A DNA stretch of 64,000 nt, taken from assembly GCA_964016885.1 (NCBI GenBank), contig OZ024743.1:366482001-366546000 (forward strand). Direction: 5' to 3'. The notes under the pieces are model-generated. The model did no database searches. It was not told the DNA's origin and was given only the letters and a program-made list of their open reading frames with translations. Position 1 is the stretch's first letter, and every line of letters begins with the position of its first letter. The DNA is from Eledone cirrhosa. Taxonomy: Eukaryota. Shown piece after piece: positions 1 through 12,616 of the stretch. The position numbers and the translations under genes are program-made.

Positions 1-820
1 TCTTTTCATGCTTATTATCCTTCACTCTACTATCTCCTGGGATAGATATATCTCTCCTTTTTATTTCTTGTAAGCCAACCATTTTTTGAATCATCTACAT
101 CTGGTGACATAGTCTTTGTTCCATCACTTTCAACACTTGTCTATCCTTCCAGATGTTGTGCATTCATTTTCTGTAACTTCTTACAGGCTTTCCCTAATCA
201 TTGACAAGCCTACTCAAAAAATAGTTCTACATTACAGCTACATTCAGCTTCTTCGGCCACCCTGATCTGGCAGATGTTGGGTGGCAACCAGGCCCATGCT
301 GCTTACTCACAGGATGCTATGATGCCTCCATCATCATTCAGACTGTTTTTTCTATTCAGTTGTTTTTCCATTTCACTCAAAATAAGGTTAGTGTTATTGA
401 GGTTCCACAACCACCAGTATTTTCTTTTTTGAGACATCATCTTAGAGGGTGTTTTCGACAATTCTAATGGGGCCTCAGACCTTAAAATTCAGGTGAGCTA
501 TTCTGTGTTGGACACCAACCCAGTACTCTATACTCTGCAGCATTATTCTTATTGTTTTGTTTACACGTTTCCTATGCTGTGTATATGTTGTTGTTACTAT
601 TGCTGTTGCAACCATTAGTTAAGATTAAAATGCCAGCAAATTTCAAATAAAACATACAATTAATCTCATGCTGATACATACACATTCATGTAAACAATAT
701 ACCCTCACATGTTAAATCACTCCCACACAGACATGCACATTACATCAACATACCTACAATTATACCACCAAAACACATACTTAATGTTTTGTTTGTTTAT
801 TTATTTATTTTTTTATCTAG

Positions 821-919
821 GACGAGTGCCATAACTTTGTACGAGTTTTGATAATCCAGCATGAGCAAGTACTGACATGTGGAACCAATGCATATAGCCC
901 CATGTGCTGTTGGCGAAAT
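821..919 (+). CDS. Sema5: Semaphorin-5-like coding exon (Sema domain), phase 0-0
   Basis: tctag|GAC...AAT|gtaagt; DECHNFVRVLIIQHEQVLTCGTNAYSPMCCWRN matches the Sema motifs ECxNxxRVL and CGTNAxxPxC. Confidence 0.93.
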
Positions 920-943
920 GTAAGTGCTGTGTTGTTTGATTCT

Positions 944-1008
<65 letters not shown>

Positions 1009-1112
1009 AAGCAGAAATATATGATGGAGAAAACAAGACTCTTAAGAACAAATTTTATTCCTTTCACAGTGTTTCATCTTCTGGGTAGAATCAATATTCC
1101 TATGGATATATA

Positions 1113-1284
1113 TGTAAATGGGGTTGGTGTTAGGAAGGGCATCCAGCTGTAGAAAACCAGCCAGATACAGTTCTATACAAGCGAAACACAGTCACCTGAT
1201 CAATCTTGCTTCAAATGGGACAATTCCTGTCTAACCCATGATAGCGTAGAAGATAGACTTTAAACGATAAGGATGATGATGATG
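1113..1284 (+). mobile_element. RTE-type 3' tail fragment
   Basis: ggttggtgttaggaagggcatccagctgtagaaa motif and (GAT)n tail shared with the RTE 3' UTRs in this window. Confidence 0.75.
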
Positions 1285-1451
1285 ACATATATATTAATTA
1301 ATTTATGTATGTGTTAGTTGATCACCAATACTTTTGTATGTAGAGTAGAGCACTCAACAAAGTACTCAAGTAGGTCTGTTTACTCCAAAGTATAATTATA
1401 ATCATGAAGTATAAGTCAACGGGTTATAATTCACTTCATTTATTCATAATT

Positions 1452-1510
1452 GGTGTTATATTTATTTTGGTGATGACTGTTATGCAACAGTTATGACCTC
1501 ATCAGACAGC
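1452..1510 (-). ncRNA. Degenerate minimal type I hammerhead ribozyme in a Penelope-like remnant
   Basis: minus strand gctgt-CTGATGA-stem II (ggtcataactgtt/aacagtcatcacc)-AAAA (GAAA decayed at a CpG)-taaata-TA-acacc. Confidence 0.5.
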
Positions 1511-1644
1511 TAGAAGTTGAATGAAGAAATCAGAAAAACATACGTCACTGGTGCTTTGAGAAAGGAACACCAAATATTAGCCCAGGACATCAATGAATCG
1601 AAACAACAGGAGTAATATTCATTTCTTCTTCATGTTTTTCTGTT

Positions 1645-1669
<25 letters not shown>

Positions 1670-1675
<6 letters not shown>

Positions 1676-3577
1676 AGATCAAAAGATGGTTAAAAGAGTT
1701 CCAAGTATTTTATTATGCGCATTTCAAAAACAAATATCATCATTGGATGATATTTGCGTTCTCAAAATAGGGAGACATGATATGAAGCTTAAAAAACACT
1801 TGCGAGCAGTGAAGTGTTAAATCAACAAATAAAGTAAGATGGATATAGGGGGGGAAGGGGTAAGAAAAGTTGAGGAAGAAAGAAAAGGATGACGGGGGAG
1901 GAGTATAAGAAGGAAGGATGAGAGAGGAGGAGAAATGAGTAATAGAGAGAAAAATAGCCTTTAAAACAGAGAAAACATTGTCTCACAGAGAAAAATTAAA
2001 AACCCGTTGAAAGATAATAGATAATTTTAAAATATTTTGAAATTAAAAGTTAATGAGGTTTATGAATGGTGATGTTTATGATTAAAGAAAAAGGAAATAA
2101 GAAAGGTATTTATTTAAGGTTTATATATTGAAGGGTTTAATAATATGTGCGGAAAAAGAATTTATTAATATGTATTATTAAAATAAAAATATTAAGGATA
2201 TAATATGAGTGAAGGAGAGGTTAAATGAATTATGAATTTAGAGGAATTAGTTAGGGTTTAAGTTTGTTTTTATGTATTGTAATATGTAAAAGTAGATAAT
2301 AGGTTTAATACAAGCACGGAAGGAGAGAGGAAAGAATAAAGTTTAAGGAAGAAAAAATATATAACGTCAAAAAATATATATGTTTACAAAATTTACTAAT
2401 GGTAATATTATTATATATTAAGAAAAATATAGTTTGTATGGCCAAGAATATAAGGAAAAATGAAAAATGCTATAGTGAGTAGTAATATGAATTAAGAAGT
2501 AATTGAGAAGTAAAATTTACAGATTAAAGATTAGAAATTAAAAAAAGAAAAAAGGAAGAACGGAAAAAGGATAAAAAGAAGAAAGATAGGCGATCACAAT
2601 GACAGAATGAGTAAATTGTATAATATACTGAAATAAGGTAGAAAGATGGGTATATTTGTAAAAGATATAAAAGCGTTTGAGAAAAGAAGATTTTAAAACT
2701 AATTAGGTATTGAGATATTAGCTGTATACTTTATGGAAAGTTCTATGGGATTTATGCAAGCAGAGCGAAAATAAATTTGTACGTCTATTTATTATAGAAT
2801 TAAAATTAGATATAATGGTAAATTTCTCGGTTAGGCAGAGATTACATGTTCTGGATAGGGAAGAATTCTGGTAAGGAAAGGTGTTGCAAACCTTCCTCCA
2901 AAAGATGTTATAGTTAATATTTTTGTCTTTTAAGGACTATATGAGTTCGGAGAGTGCCGTGTTAGTTCTTTTAAGTTGGTATTTAAAAGACGAATTGTGA
3001 TTATAAAATCTTGCTTTAAAGGAAGTAGAAATGGAACTGAAATAGGTAAAAGAATTAGTACCAGTTATAACCTTACATTCATACACTAAGTTTTTATCAA
3101 GACATTGGTTATTAAGAGGACATTTAGTTCTAACAGGGCAATTACAATTACGATTAGAGAAATTACCAGAGTTATTAAGTGATCTAGTATTATTTATAGA
3201 AGGAATTGGATTGGAGAAGTTATTTACGATAGGAATTATAGTTTCCTGATTTAGATTGGTGTTATGAACATTCAACGAAGTTACGTTTGACATCATATTT
3301 AAATTTACTGAATCTAGCCTAGAGTTAACATTGACATCGGGTTTACTATTGCTATTATTATGACGCTCAGTTTTGGATGGATGTAATTTATTATTTAATA
3401 TTTTATTATTGTGTTTAGAGATAATGTTAGAGATGTTGGAAGTGGTGGAATAAGAGAATTTATTTTAACCATCTTTTGATCTTATATTATTTTTATACTC
3501 CAGTCCTATAAACTGTGAATGCTACTTATCCGATATTTGCATTGCTTTATTGTGCTACAATAAAACTCACCTCCTAC

Positions 3578-3578
<1 letters not shown>
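1670..3578 (-). mobile_element. Penelope-like element 3' fragment (GIY-YIG region and pseudo-LTR) with inverted terminal copy
   Basis: ORF 2937-3296 CNCPVRTKCPLNNQCLDKNLVYECKV...SFKARFYNHNSSF resembles a PLE GIY-YIG endonuclease; about 3463-3490 is the reverse complement of about 1670-1697; (TA)n on both flanks; same family as 59521-59905. Confidence 0.8.
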
Positions 3579-3653
<75 letters not shown>

Positions 3654-3695
3654 ATGAAACATAAGTCAATTGCATGAACTCATAATCCTTTATTT

Positions 3696-3751
3696 ACTGC
3701 TATATATATTTCGATGATAGCCATTGAATGGCTATGACCTCATCAGGCAGT
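3696..3751 (-). ncRNA. Minimal type I hammerhead ribozyme in a PLE remnant (about 3651-3965)
   Basis: minus strand actgc-CTGATGA-ggtcatagccattcaatggctatcatc-GAAA-tatata-TA-gcagt: perfect stem I, long stem II, palindromic loop III. Confidence 0.8.
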
Positions 3752-3966
3752 TAGTCAGTTCTTAGATATGCCAGCTTTGTGTTTATAGTGTTGATGGTAT
3801 CAGAGCCTTGGGACATATGAGCTTGTTAGGAATAATTTAATGTTGTCAGCAGGAATAGTCTTGATTCTCATTGGTCAGTTTGTAGATGGTAGTAGGGTTG
3901 GTATTTGACCTCAAAGAGGCAGGTGGTGTTGTAAAGTTCAAACCGTCAGGCAAGATGACATATCAT

Positions 3967-4028
<62 letters not shown>

Positions 4029-4155
4029 ATGGTGGGGTTAAGAAGTTCATTTGAGAATCACATAGTTTCATAAACATTTTATATGATCTTAATAATCCCA
4101 TTCACTAATAAATCGCATTAGAAAAAGATTTTAAATACTTCAACTAAGGACTTAT

Positions 4156-4345
4156 CATCATCACTTGTCGACTACTGTCGAGATGATGGATCTCACTCTC
4201 ATGCCCCAGAATCCCCTGTCCCCCATCGCTGCCCCCAGGTCCTGTCTGCTGATTCCCGTATCCCTAGAGATAACGTCAAGGAATGACAGCTTCCTACTCC
4301 TAGTCAGGCTGGAGTCAGGGTTCCAGAGCAAGAGAGCAGATATGA
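4156..4345 (-). mobile_element. RTE LINE extreme 3' fragment
   Basis: LLLWNP...RKLSFLDVISRDTG...AMGDRGFW C-terminus followed by a tgatgat tail. Confidence 0.65.
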
Positions 4346-4580
4346 TTTCATTGCTTATACACACATACACACACACATATACATATATATGATTTCATTG
4401 CTTATACACACATACACACACACATATACATATATATACACACACATATATATTAGAGTTGGATGTGCGGACCATATTATGGTCTGTCAGTTGTGAAGCA
4501 GATAAAAAGAAGCGCTCAACGACTTGTATAAATGGTGCAAGATCAGAGGCCATAATCAGTTGTCAGGTTTATTTAAAACT

Positions 4581-4638
4581 CCATTATACATATTTCACTA
4601 AGGACTATCAGTTATGATAGTCTGAGTTCTTCAGGTGG
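4581..4638 (-). ncRNA. Hammerhead-like motif in a PLE remnant (about 4452-4685)
   Basis: minus strand ccac-CTGAAGA-stem II (gactatca/tgatagtc)-GAAA-tatgta-TA-atgg; stem I imperfect. Confidence 0.6.
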
Positions 4639-4685
4639 CAAAACCTATAAAAACTTGAAAACATTGAAAGTTCCATTAAATTTAA

Positions 4686-5206
4686 CTAACAGAAAAACCA
4701 CCCTCCGGGTGGTTTTCTGCTAGCATGTGTGGTGTGTATATTGTTATTATACGCAGGTATATATACATGTAGATATGATACATCAAATAAAATCGTAATT
4801 GACAATATACACAGAAATTGAACGAAGACTGCATTACACTGTTTTATGTAATCAGTAACGTAATCCAAAGACGATATTATATATAAACTACATTAGGAGA
4901 AAATTAGTATGTTTATTTAAGCGATCGCCACCGGAAGTGTTGACATCACACACTCTCTCTTTCTATATATATGGTAGTTGAAGTGGTGGTGGTGGCGACG
5001 ATATACCGGAAGTGCAACTTTGAAAAGAAGTCAATTTTAAATTATTTATTTTTACGAAATTGAGTAGATAAATTATGTAATATTATCCATAAATTATGTA
5101 ATATTCATTCATTTTTTATTCAAAGTAATCCAACTTATTTTACAAACGGGATAAAAAAAAATAAATCGTACGCAATCCCGCAGACCTTCCTTTATTATAG
5201 TTTAGA
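4686..5206 (-). mobile_element. Putative non-autonomous Helitron
   Basis: minus strand A|TCTAAACTATAATAAAG 5' end; 3' GC-rich hairpin accacccggagggtggt followed by TTAG|T (CTAG-like); no TSD. Confidence 0.45.
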
Positions 5207-5454
5207 TGGTTCTTTTTAGGAACGAAAAGACAAACTTAAAAAGAACAAAACGACAATTAAACTTAAAGAATGTTTTTGAAAATCTAACATCAGAGAAAAG
5301 CAAGCTACGCTAAACACCAACTTTTTGTACATGTTATAAAGTCCCCTTTTTTTTATATATATATACAAGGTGCATTTTCTTTTATTATCTTTTTCCTTAT
5401 ATAATGTGATCTGTATAGAACATTTTCTAATGTCCACACTTTTTTTCACTATAT

Positions 5455-6672
5455 ATGTCTAGGGCGGGTAAAATTCCTGAGATTCATGGACGAGTTCTCT
5501 CCAGCGGTCTCTGTCCCTCATTATCACTCCATGTCCTGCATCTCCAACAGACCAGTGTCTGTCCTTAGGGCATCAACATATGTTAACCTCGGTTTTCCTC
5601 TTCCAGTGTGTCCATGCATGGGCTCCCACAGGAGCACTGAATGCAGCGTCAACTCTGGATGTTAGTGAGCATGTCCAGATAACCTTAGTCTCCTCTGGGC
5701 TACTTTGAAGCTGACTTTTGGGAGGCTCCCATACAGCTCTGAGCTCTTCATCCTCAGTGTATACTGATTAATGTTCAGAGCCATCCTCAGCATTCTCGTG
5801 TAGCACCCATCCACCATCTGACTGAGTTTCTTGGTCAGTGTCGAAGTCTCACACCCGTACAGCAGCACAGACTCCACTACAGCAATGAAGAGGCGGATCT
5901 TCAGGTCTTTACGAAGGTCCGACTTCCACACCGATCTGAAACTGTGGCACGCCGCCCAGGCTTTACTCTTCCTCTCGACCACATCATCTTCTGTATTCCC
6001 AATCTTTGCTCCCAAATACAGGAAGTCCTCAACCAATTCTAGCGGCTTCCCGCCTACATTAATAATCTTCTCTGGCTTCTTAATATTCTCTACCAGATAC
6101 TTTGTCTTAATCTCATTCATTCTCAGCCCCACACTCATCGACACAGTCTCCACCTGCATCAAATCCTCTGCCTCCTTCACTGTGTTTGTCACCAGAACTA
6201 TGTCGTCAGCAAATTCAGCATCCGATATCTTTTTCACCTTCACTCTCCTGCTCTGAACCGGTGTTACAGTAAAGCCAGAGTCCTAGTGTTTCTCCAGCGC
6301 AAGATGCATACAATAGTCCACTGCGATGATAAAAAGGTAGGGAGCCAATGTATCTCCCTGGAGCACTCCAGCCAGTATCTCAAAGAACTCTGTCATTCTA
6401 TCAGGTGTAATGACTTGGGCTTTGGTGTTGGTGTAAAGCAGTGATATCAGGTCCACTAGCTTCTTGGGGATTCCATAAGCCTGTAAGATCTTCATCAGGC
6501 AGTGATGGTCCACAGAATCAAAGGCCTTCCTAAAGTCAATGAAAACCATGACTGCAGGAAGGGACTTTGCTCTAGCTCCCTCTAATATCCTCCTCAGCAT
6601 CAGGATGTGACTGGTGGTTGATCTTCCCTCTCTAAAGCCATTCTGGTTGTCCCTGAGCTTCTTCTCCATCAC
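5455..6672 (-). mobile_element. 5'-truncated, decayed RTE-like LINE (family D), RT domain to 3' end
   Basis: ORFs 6283-6672 (FIDFRKAFDSV, GVLQGDTLAPYLF) and 5662-6243 (FADD, FLYLG, LLYGCET); truncated at (TA)n. Confidence 0.9.
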
Positions 6673-7020
6673 TATATATATATATATAAACCATGGGTTC
6701 CGATGTTATCGTAAGCTCATCCAGCAAATTGAAATATCCTTATTTTCAATATTAGAATGTTTTATATATAAAGTTTGTTCTTTCTGATGCTTGAAGTAAT
6801 GTTTATTTCTAAGTTGACATCCTTGTTGATATTTGTTTACTTCTTCTGATGAGTATGTACAAATATATATTTAACAGTGATTTCATGTTTAAATGTCCAC
6901 ATCTCCCCCCCCCCCCTCCCCATTTTGAAATTGTACCATTAAAATATTTGACATATGAAATGATTGTAAATGAATAAACATATTTATAAGTGTAACTTGA
7001 TTCTCCTACTTGAAATTCTG

Positions 7021-7084
<64 letters not shown>

Positions 7085-7188
7085 TGTTCTAGTCCTGTAG
7101 AATCTCATCTATATTAAAACTTTTATACTCTGCAATGTATTGAGTACCTTACTTACTGTGGTTACCTCCGACTCAAACCGGAATAACG

Positions 7189-7225
<37 letters not shown>

Positions 7226-7464
7226 TCACAATATCTACATTAAAACTTACATTAAGATACCTTAACACTTGCATCTGGCAAAAGAAAACCTGTAAACATT
7301 TACTGTACATCCATGCTGTAATAACCAACATCTATTTTAATTTTAAATATAACTTAAGCTATTTTTGTTATTATTTCTTTCATTATTTCTTTCATTTTTC
7401 TTTCTCATCAACATTCCCACTTGATGATCTATTTTAATTCTAATCCTTCTTTATCTGTTCGCAG

Positions 7465-7678
7465 GTAAATTCCATCAAGCATGTTTCTCAAAGGATAAAT
7501 GGGAAACAGAAGTGTCCCTATAGTCCCCGGCACAATTTTACGTCAATAATTAGCGAAGATGGTAACTTTTACACTGGTTCTGTGGTGGATATCCAGGCTC
7601 GAGATTATGCCATATCACGTGTCCTGGGTCCCTTACCCATTCTCAGAACTCTCCGAAGTAATTCCAAATGGCTAAATG
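7465..7678 (+). CDS. Sema5: Semaphorin-5-like coding exon (Sema domain), phase 0-1
   Basis: cgcag|...G|gtgagt; VNSIKHVSQRINGKQKCPYSPRHNFTSIISEDGNFYTGSVVDIQARDYAISRVLGPLPILRTLRSNSKWLN (CPYSPxHN and LRT..NSKWLN motifs). Confidence 0.95.
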
Positions 7679-7759
7679 GTGAGTAATTGTGGTTGCAAAT
7701 ATTATTTTTCATACTTTTTATTTAACCACATCAATTATCAAAATAATATCTGCTTTATC

Positions 7760-8055
7760 ACTACTCATCTTAATCTTTTATCATCTCATCTTGGCCTTTT
7801 ATTATCTTGTTTTGATCTTTTGTCATCTTTTGTCTTCTCATCTTGATCCTTTGTCTTATCTCATCTTGATCTTTTCTCATCTGGTCTTGATCTTTTGTCT
7901 TCTCCTCTCGATCTTTTGTCTTCTCCTCTCGATCTTTTGTCTTCTCATCTTGATCTTTTGTCTTCTCCTCTCGATCTTTTGTCTTCTCATCTTGATCATT
8001 TATTACCTCATCTTGATCTTTTGTCATCTTGTCTTGATCTTTTATCTTCTCTTCT
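7760..8055. repeat. About 21-bp pyrimidine-rich minisatellite
   Basis: units tcttgatcttttgtcttctca and tctcgatcttttgtcttctcc. Confidence 0.85.
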
Positions 8056-9395
8056 TTCAGATTTAGATATGACTTCACTTCCTTCCATGTTTTCATTGTT
8101 TTTTCTCTGCCCCTTGTACACTCCACTGATGCATCATAGCAAATTTTTATTCAACTCTCATCATTCCTTCACATTGTACACCCATACAGTACAGTTGTCT
8201 ATCCTTTGTTATATCAACCAATGTATTTTATTATCCATCGTCTTTGCCTTTCATGCAGTCTGTGGAAAGTAAAATTCACAAAGGGGAATTAATGTTTGTA
8301 TCTAGATTTCTCTCATGGAGATATCTCTTTGTTTTTGAATTGCAAATAGAATCTTTCTTTACAACATATGTAAACTGAAAGAAATAAAATAACATCTTAC
8401 TATTATCATCTCTACCACCATCATCATTTTCATTATCATCAGCATCATTATTGTATTTAACATTGCGAAATAGGGTTTTAGTTTACTTTATATGATTAAA
8501 TTGTTCAATTGCTCTAAATATGCTTAATACAATATCTCTAAATATTTAATTTGCTTTCAGTAAACAGTCTTTTGAACTATGTTCATATCACTATTTTTGT
8601 AATGTTCTTGCTAAGGTCATACAGTTTTGCTAGAGCTAGCATATTTTTAGCTGGCTAGACTAATGGAAGTAGACTTTAATGTCTTCATACTAAATCTTGA
8701 TTCAGCTGGAATGATTTTTATTAGTTAACATACTCGTTGTAATTCAGTCTTAACTACTAACAGCTTCACTTGTTTGTCAACTTTGAATTTTTTTAAGTCT
8801 AAAGCATTCTTGGTTGCTACTTTTCTCCAGCTCTAGTACAAAATTGCAGATGACCCAAAGCAAGAAAGTTTTATAGTTTTGCTCAAGAATGCAAACAATT
8901 TTATCATCAGTACCAGCATTATTTTTGTGTCCATTTTTCCATACTGGCATAGATTGCACAGGACCTTTTGAGGCAGTCTTTTATAGCCTGATGCTCATTA
9001 TGATGCCAGTCCCGTTAGTTGCTTATTACAACATGCAGGAATACAGGTTTACTTATTCTAAGAACTAAACTCATGATCTTGGTCTTGGTACTTAATTCAC
9101 TTAGATACTTCAACTTTCTACATTCCTAAGCAAAATACTTTTTCTGTAAAAGCAGTGAGTATGTTATTAATTTGATGAATCAATCAAATTCTTCTATACA
9201 TAAGATTTTCATTGCTATACAGTTGTTGGTTACTCAGTCTAAGATTATCTTCTTAGTGAACTCAGCTTGAAATTGTTTCCTTTCATCACTACAAGAGATT
9301 TCACTTATACAAATGTTATAAAGTCACAATCTTCAATTCTCCCCAATCCCAAAGAATTGAAGGTTCATTTCATTGATTTTTAGAAACCATTATTA

Positions 9396-9588
9396 AGGCG
9401 GTGGATTGGCAGTATCGGTAGAGGGTCGGACGCCATACTTTGCAGCACAGTTACGTCCCTTTACGGACTGAGTTCAAATCCTGACGAGGTTAACTTTGCC
9501 TTTCATCCTTACGGGGTCGATAAAATAAAGTACCAGTAATACACTGGGTAATTGCTGGCCTTGTGCCAAAGTAGAAACAATTATTATT
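9396..9588 (+). mobile_element. tRNA-derived SINE family 1 (Meta-domain-like body)
   Basis: A box tggcagtatcgg, B box gagttcaaatcc, body gcctttcatccttacggggtcgataaaataaagtaccag; multiple copies in the window. Confidence 0.85.
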
Positions 9589-10895
9589 GGGAGGGTCATG
9601 TTGCCAATATGATATGTAATTATTATTGTTATTTTCAATTTCAACTTCCAGTTTTATGCTGATTTTATGTTGTGAGAGTAGGTCCTAACAAATGGCATAA
9701 GTCCCTCAGATTTCCTTTCTTATATCTCAAGAACCTTTCTATCATCTTTATTAATATTGCTGTTCTTGTTTATGAATGAACAGTGGATATGTCCAAGTCC
9801 ATCTTTAGTTGACTCTTCTTTTCATCAATCTGGATACAATAAAAGTATCCCTAAAGTGTAAGGATTGATGAAATTAATTACTACAAAATCATTATTATTA
9901 AAATAAAAAACAACTATGGATGATTTTGAATTTATAACATTTAGACCATGAATGAAACGCTATGAGAAATTAACTATATGTAGATAACAGGAATGGAATT
10001 GTGTTGGATAACATTCTTGTATTCTTTTCTTGGCATTTAAGTCATGATGGAATAGTAAAGGTACTCTATTAACACACACAACCAGTCATTTTAAGCCTAG
10101 TGGTGCCTATCCCTCTCTTGGTATAACATAACCAATTCCATCCAGGGAGAGAAGGGAGTGGAGAAATAAAGTGAGGGAGAAATAGAATGAGAGAGAGAAT
10201 GAATAGACCCCAGTACTGGTATTTTATTTATCAACTTTGAAAATATGCAGAAGCAGGATTTGAACTTAGTGTACAAGGTACTAGAGCAAATACTAATGCA
10301 TTCTTTTTAATCCGATACCCTAACGACTCTGCCAGTTTGACACCTTGTTTGACAAAATAAATTATAGTATTCGGTTACATCCTATTATTCTTTGTTCAAA
10401 TCATTTTCAGGTCTATTTTGCTCTTCATTCTTCAAGGACAATAAAATATGTAAGGGTACCAATGTAATTGGCTATATTGTAGAAAACAATCTCCCAGCAT
10501 AACTATGGTCCATGGTAAAAGAACTAAAACACTAAAGTGAAAATATACATACTGACACCACAATTAAGTAATACTTTTTCTTTTTTATTGCTTAATTATG
10601 ATGAAAAACATCAGGAAGTTGTGGAAAAGAGAGGGGGAGTTATTCTCAAATTGACCACCAGGCCTGAATGCTTGCTACAAAGTAGACTCCACTAAAGGCC
10701 TCCAAAAGTCTGGTGGTGGTGTTAAAGTAGGCAATGAATTAAGTCTACCACTCTAGTAAATCATGGCAAAGAGCCAGAACAAATACCACAAAACATTTTA
10801 CCCAATGTGTTCAGGATTCTGCCAAATATTAAAATAATTAAAAACAACAACTACAATAATAATAATTGTTTCTATTTTTTTAATATTTATAATTG

Positions 10896-11365
10896 ATGTC
10901 ACTGGACCGAGATCTTTGGCGCCATGCAGTAATACAGAAGACCCGCCTTGCCTATGTACAAAGCGAAACCTACAGTCAATAGGCACCTCTTAACCAAATA
11001 TACACCCCCATACCACTACACCTACTCCACCCTCCCACTCCCACCAACACCACCCTTTCTCTGTAAAGTTATGTTGGTACCACAACATCCAGTCCAAAAT
11101 AAATGAGGTCTTGTAGGTGTCACGACAAAAAACACACAGTCCACGCTGTAATGTGGCCGTATAGGTAACATGGTAAAAACCTCCCAGTCCACACTGTAAA
11201 TGTGGTTGGTGTTAGGAAGGGCATCCAGCCATAGAAAAACTGCCAGACAGTCCTATATAAGCAAGACACGGTCATCCGACCAATCTTGCCTCAAGTGGGA
11301 CAATTCCCGTCTAAGCCCATGCTAGCGTGGAAGATAGATGTTAAACGATGATGATGATGATGATG
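10896..11365 (+). mobile_element. RTE family-B-like 3' end
   Basis: MSLDRDLWR-coding end and 3' UTR similar to 57370-57926; (GAT)n tail. Confidence 0.85.
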
Positions 11366-11477
11366 TTTCTACTTCATACACTTTACTACTTTACTAATAA
11401 TAATGAAAATAAAAAAAACAAAACTATGTTGAAATTATGTTGTGTGTTATTAAGAGTACAAGCAGAGAGATAATAAC

Positions 11478-11655
11478 TGTTTCTACTTTTGGCACAAGGC
11501 CAGAAATTACCCAGTACATTACTGGTACTTTATTTTATCGACCCCGTAAAGATGAAAAGCAAAGTTAACCTCGGCGGGATTTGAACTCAGACCGTAAAGA
11601 GACGTAACTATGCTGGAAAGCATGGCGTCCGACCCTCTACCGATACTGCCAATCC
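11478..11655 (-). mobile_element. SINE family 1 copy with 13-bp TSD
   Basis: reverse complement of the 9396 family; TSD gagagataataac at 11465-11477 and 11656-11668. Confidence 0.9.
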
Positions 11656-11929
11656 GAGAGATAATAACAATAATGAAGTATTGTTATCTAATACCTTCCA
11701 AATATATTAGTTATATATTATTGAAACAACAAAATAAATAAATAGATAAATAAATGTTACACACAAATATTTGTTTCTTTCATTTTATTGCACACACACA
11801 CACATACACACACATGGATACATGCATACACTCACTTTCTTTGTTACTTTACACAATTTACCTTTAAAATCACACGTTACAACTTACACTTACACTCACA
11901 CATATAGCAATACTAATACACACACACTC

Positions 11930-12173
11930 CTCTTTGTGTTCATACTCGTTACCAAGACTACCTATCGGCTTTCTTGTTTTACCTCTTCATTTTCGGTTGT
12001 TGTTTTTTCGTGTCTTTACTGGACCTTTTTTCTGTTTCTCCATTGTGATCCTGTCTCTATTTTGTACTCCTGAAGAAGGGCTTAAACCCGAAAACGTTGA
12101 ACTTTCTTTCCTCTTTCCAGTATAAAGCGTGAAACTAATAAGACTTTATGTACCTCTGTTTGTTGTCTCCTTG

Positions 12174-12177
<4 letters not shown>
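11930..12177 (+). mobile_element. Penelope-like pseudo-LTR remnant with hammerhead core
   Basis: CTGAAGA-agggcttaaaccc-GAAA-acgtt at 12070-12098; ends in (TA)n; 5' boundary approximate. Confidence 0.6.
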
Positions 12178-12207
<30 letters not shown>

Positions 12208-12211
<4 letters not shown>

Positions 12212-12450
12212 AAGCAAATTATAAACATGTAAGTATGTTTTTGAAACGGTGCGCGAGTTTGAAATTAGAAATTAGAAATTATAAGCTTTCACCGTATTTT
12301 AGACTAAAGAAATTTCTAGCCTGATAGTGGGGTTTATAACCCTCGGAGAAATGGACGTCAACACTCATCTTTTTCCATTTCTCCGAGGGTTATAAACCCC
12401 ACTATCAGGCTAAAAATTGCTTTAGTCTAAAATACGGTGAAAGCTTATAA

Positions 12451-12458
<8 letters not shown>
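12208..12458. mobile_element. Short palindromic element with 85-bp arms; same family as 39068-39684
   Basis: arms 12271-12355 and 12374-12458; about 63-bp extension on the left arm; (TA)n on both sides. Confidence 0.85.
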
Positions 12459-12492
<34 letters not shown>

Positions 12493-12527
12493 TTAATTTG
12501 TTATTTTTTGTTCCCTCTTTGTTTCAG

Positions 12528-12616
12528 AACCCAATTTTGTTTCATCATATGAAATAGAGAGCCACATATATTTCTTTTTCCGAGAAACTGCTGTTGAATA
12601 CATTAACTGTGGCAAA
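12528..12616 (+). CDS. Sema5: Semaphorin-5-like coding exon, phase 1-0
   Basis: ttcag|...|gtaagt; EPNFVSSYEIESHIYFFFRETAVEYINCGK. Confidence 0.96.

Noticed and set aside
1-500. Possible upstream semaphorin exon (donor-like caggtgag at about 490) or old LINE remnant
   Set aside because: I found no recognisable Sema peptide in frame, and the sequence is too decayed to classify.
7689-8272. ORFs with KTKDQDE / LLSSPLD heptad repeats
   Set aside because: They are by-products of a 21-bp intronic minisatellite, with no splice or homology support.
12318-12355. Hammerhead-like CTGATAG...gggtttataaccc...GAAA in the palindromic element
   Set aside because: The core is not CUGAnGA, extra bases precede GAAA, and there is no convincing stem I/III.
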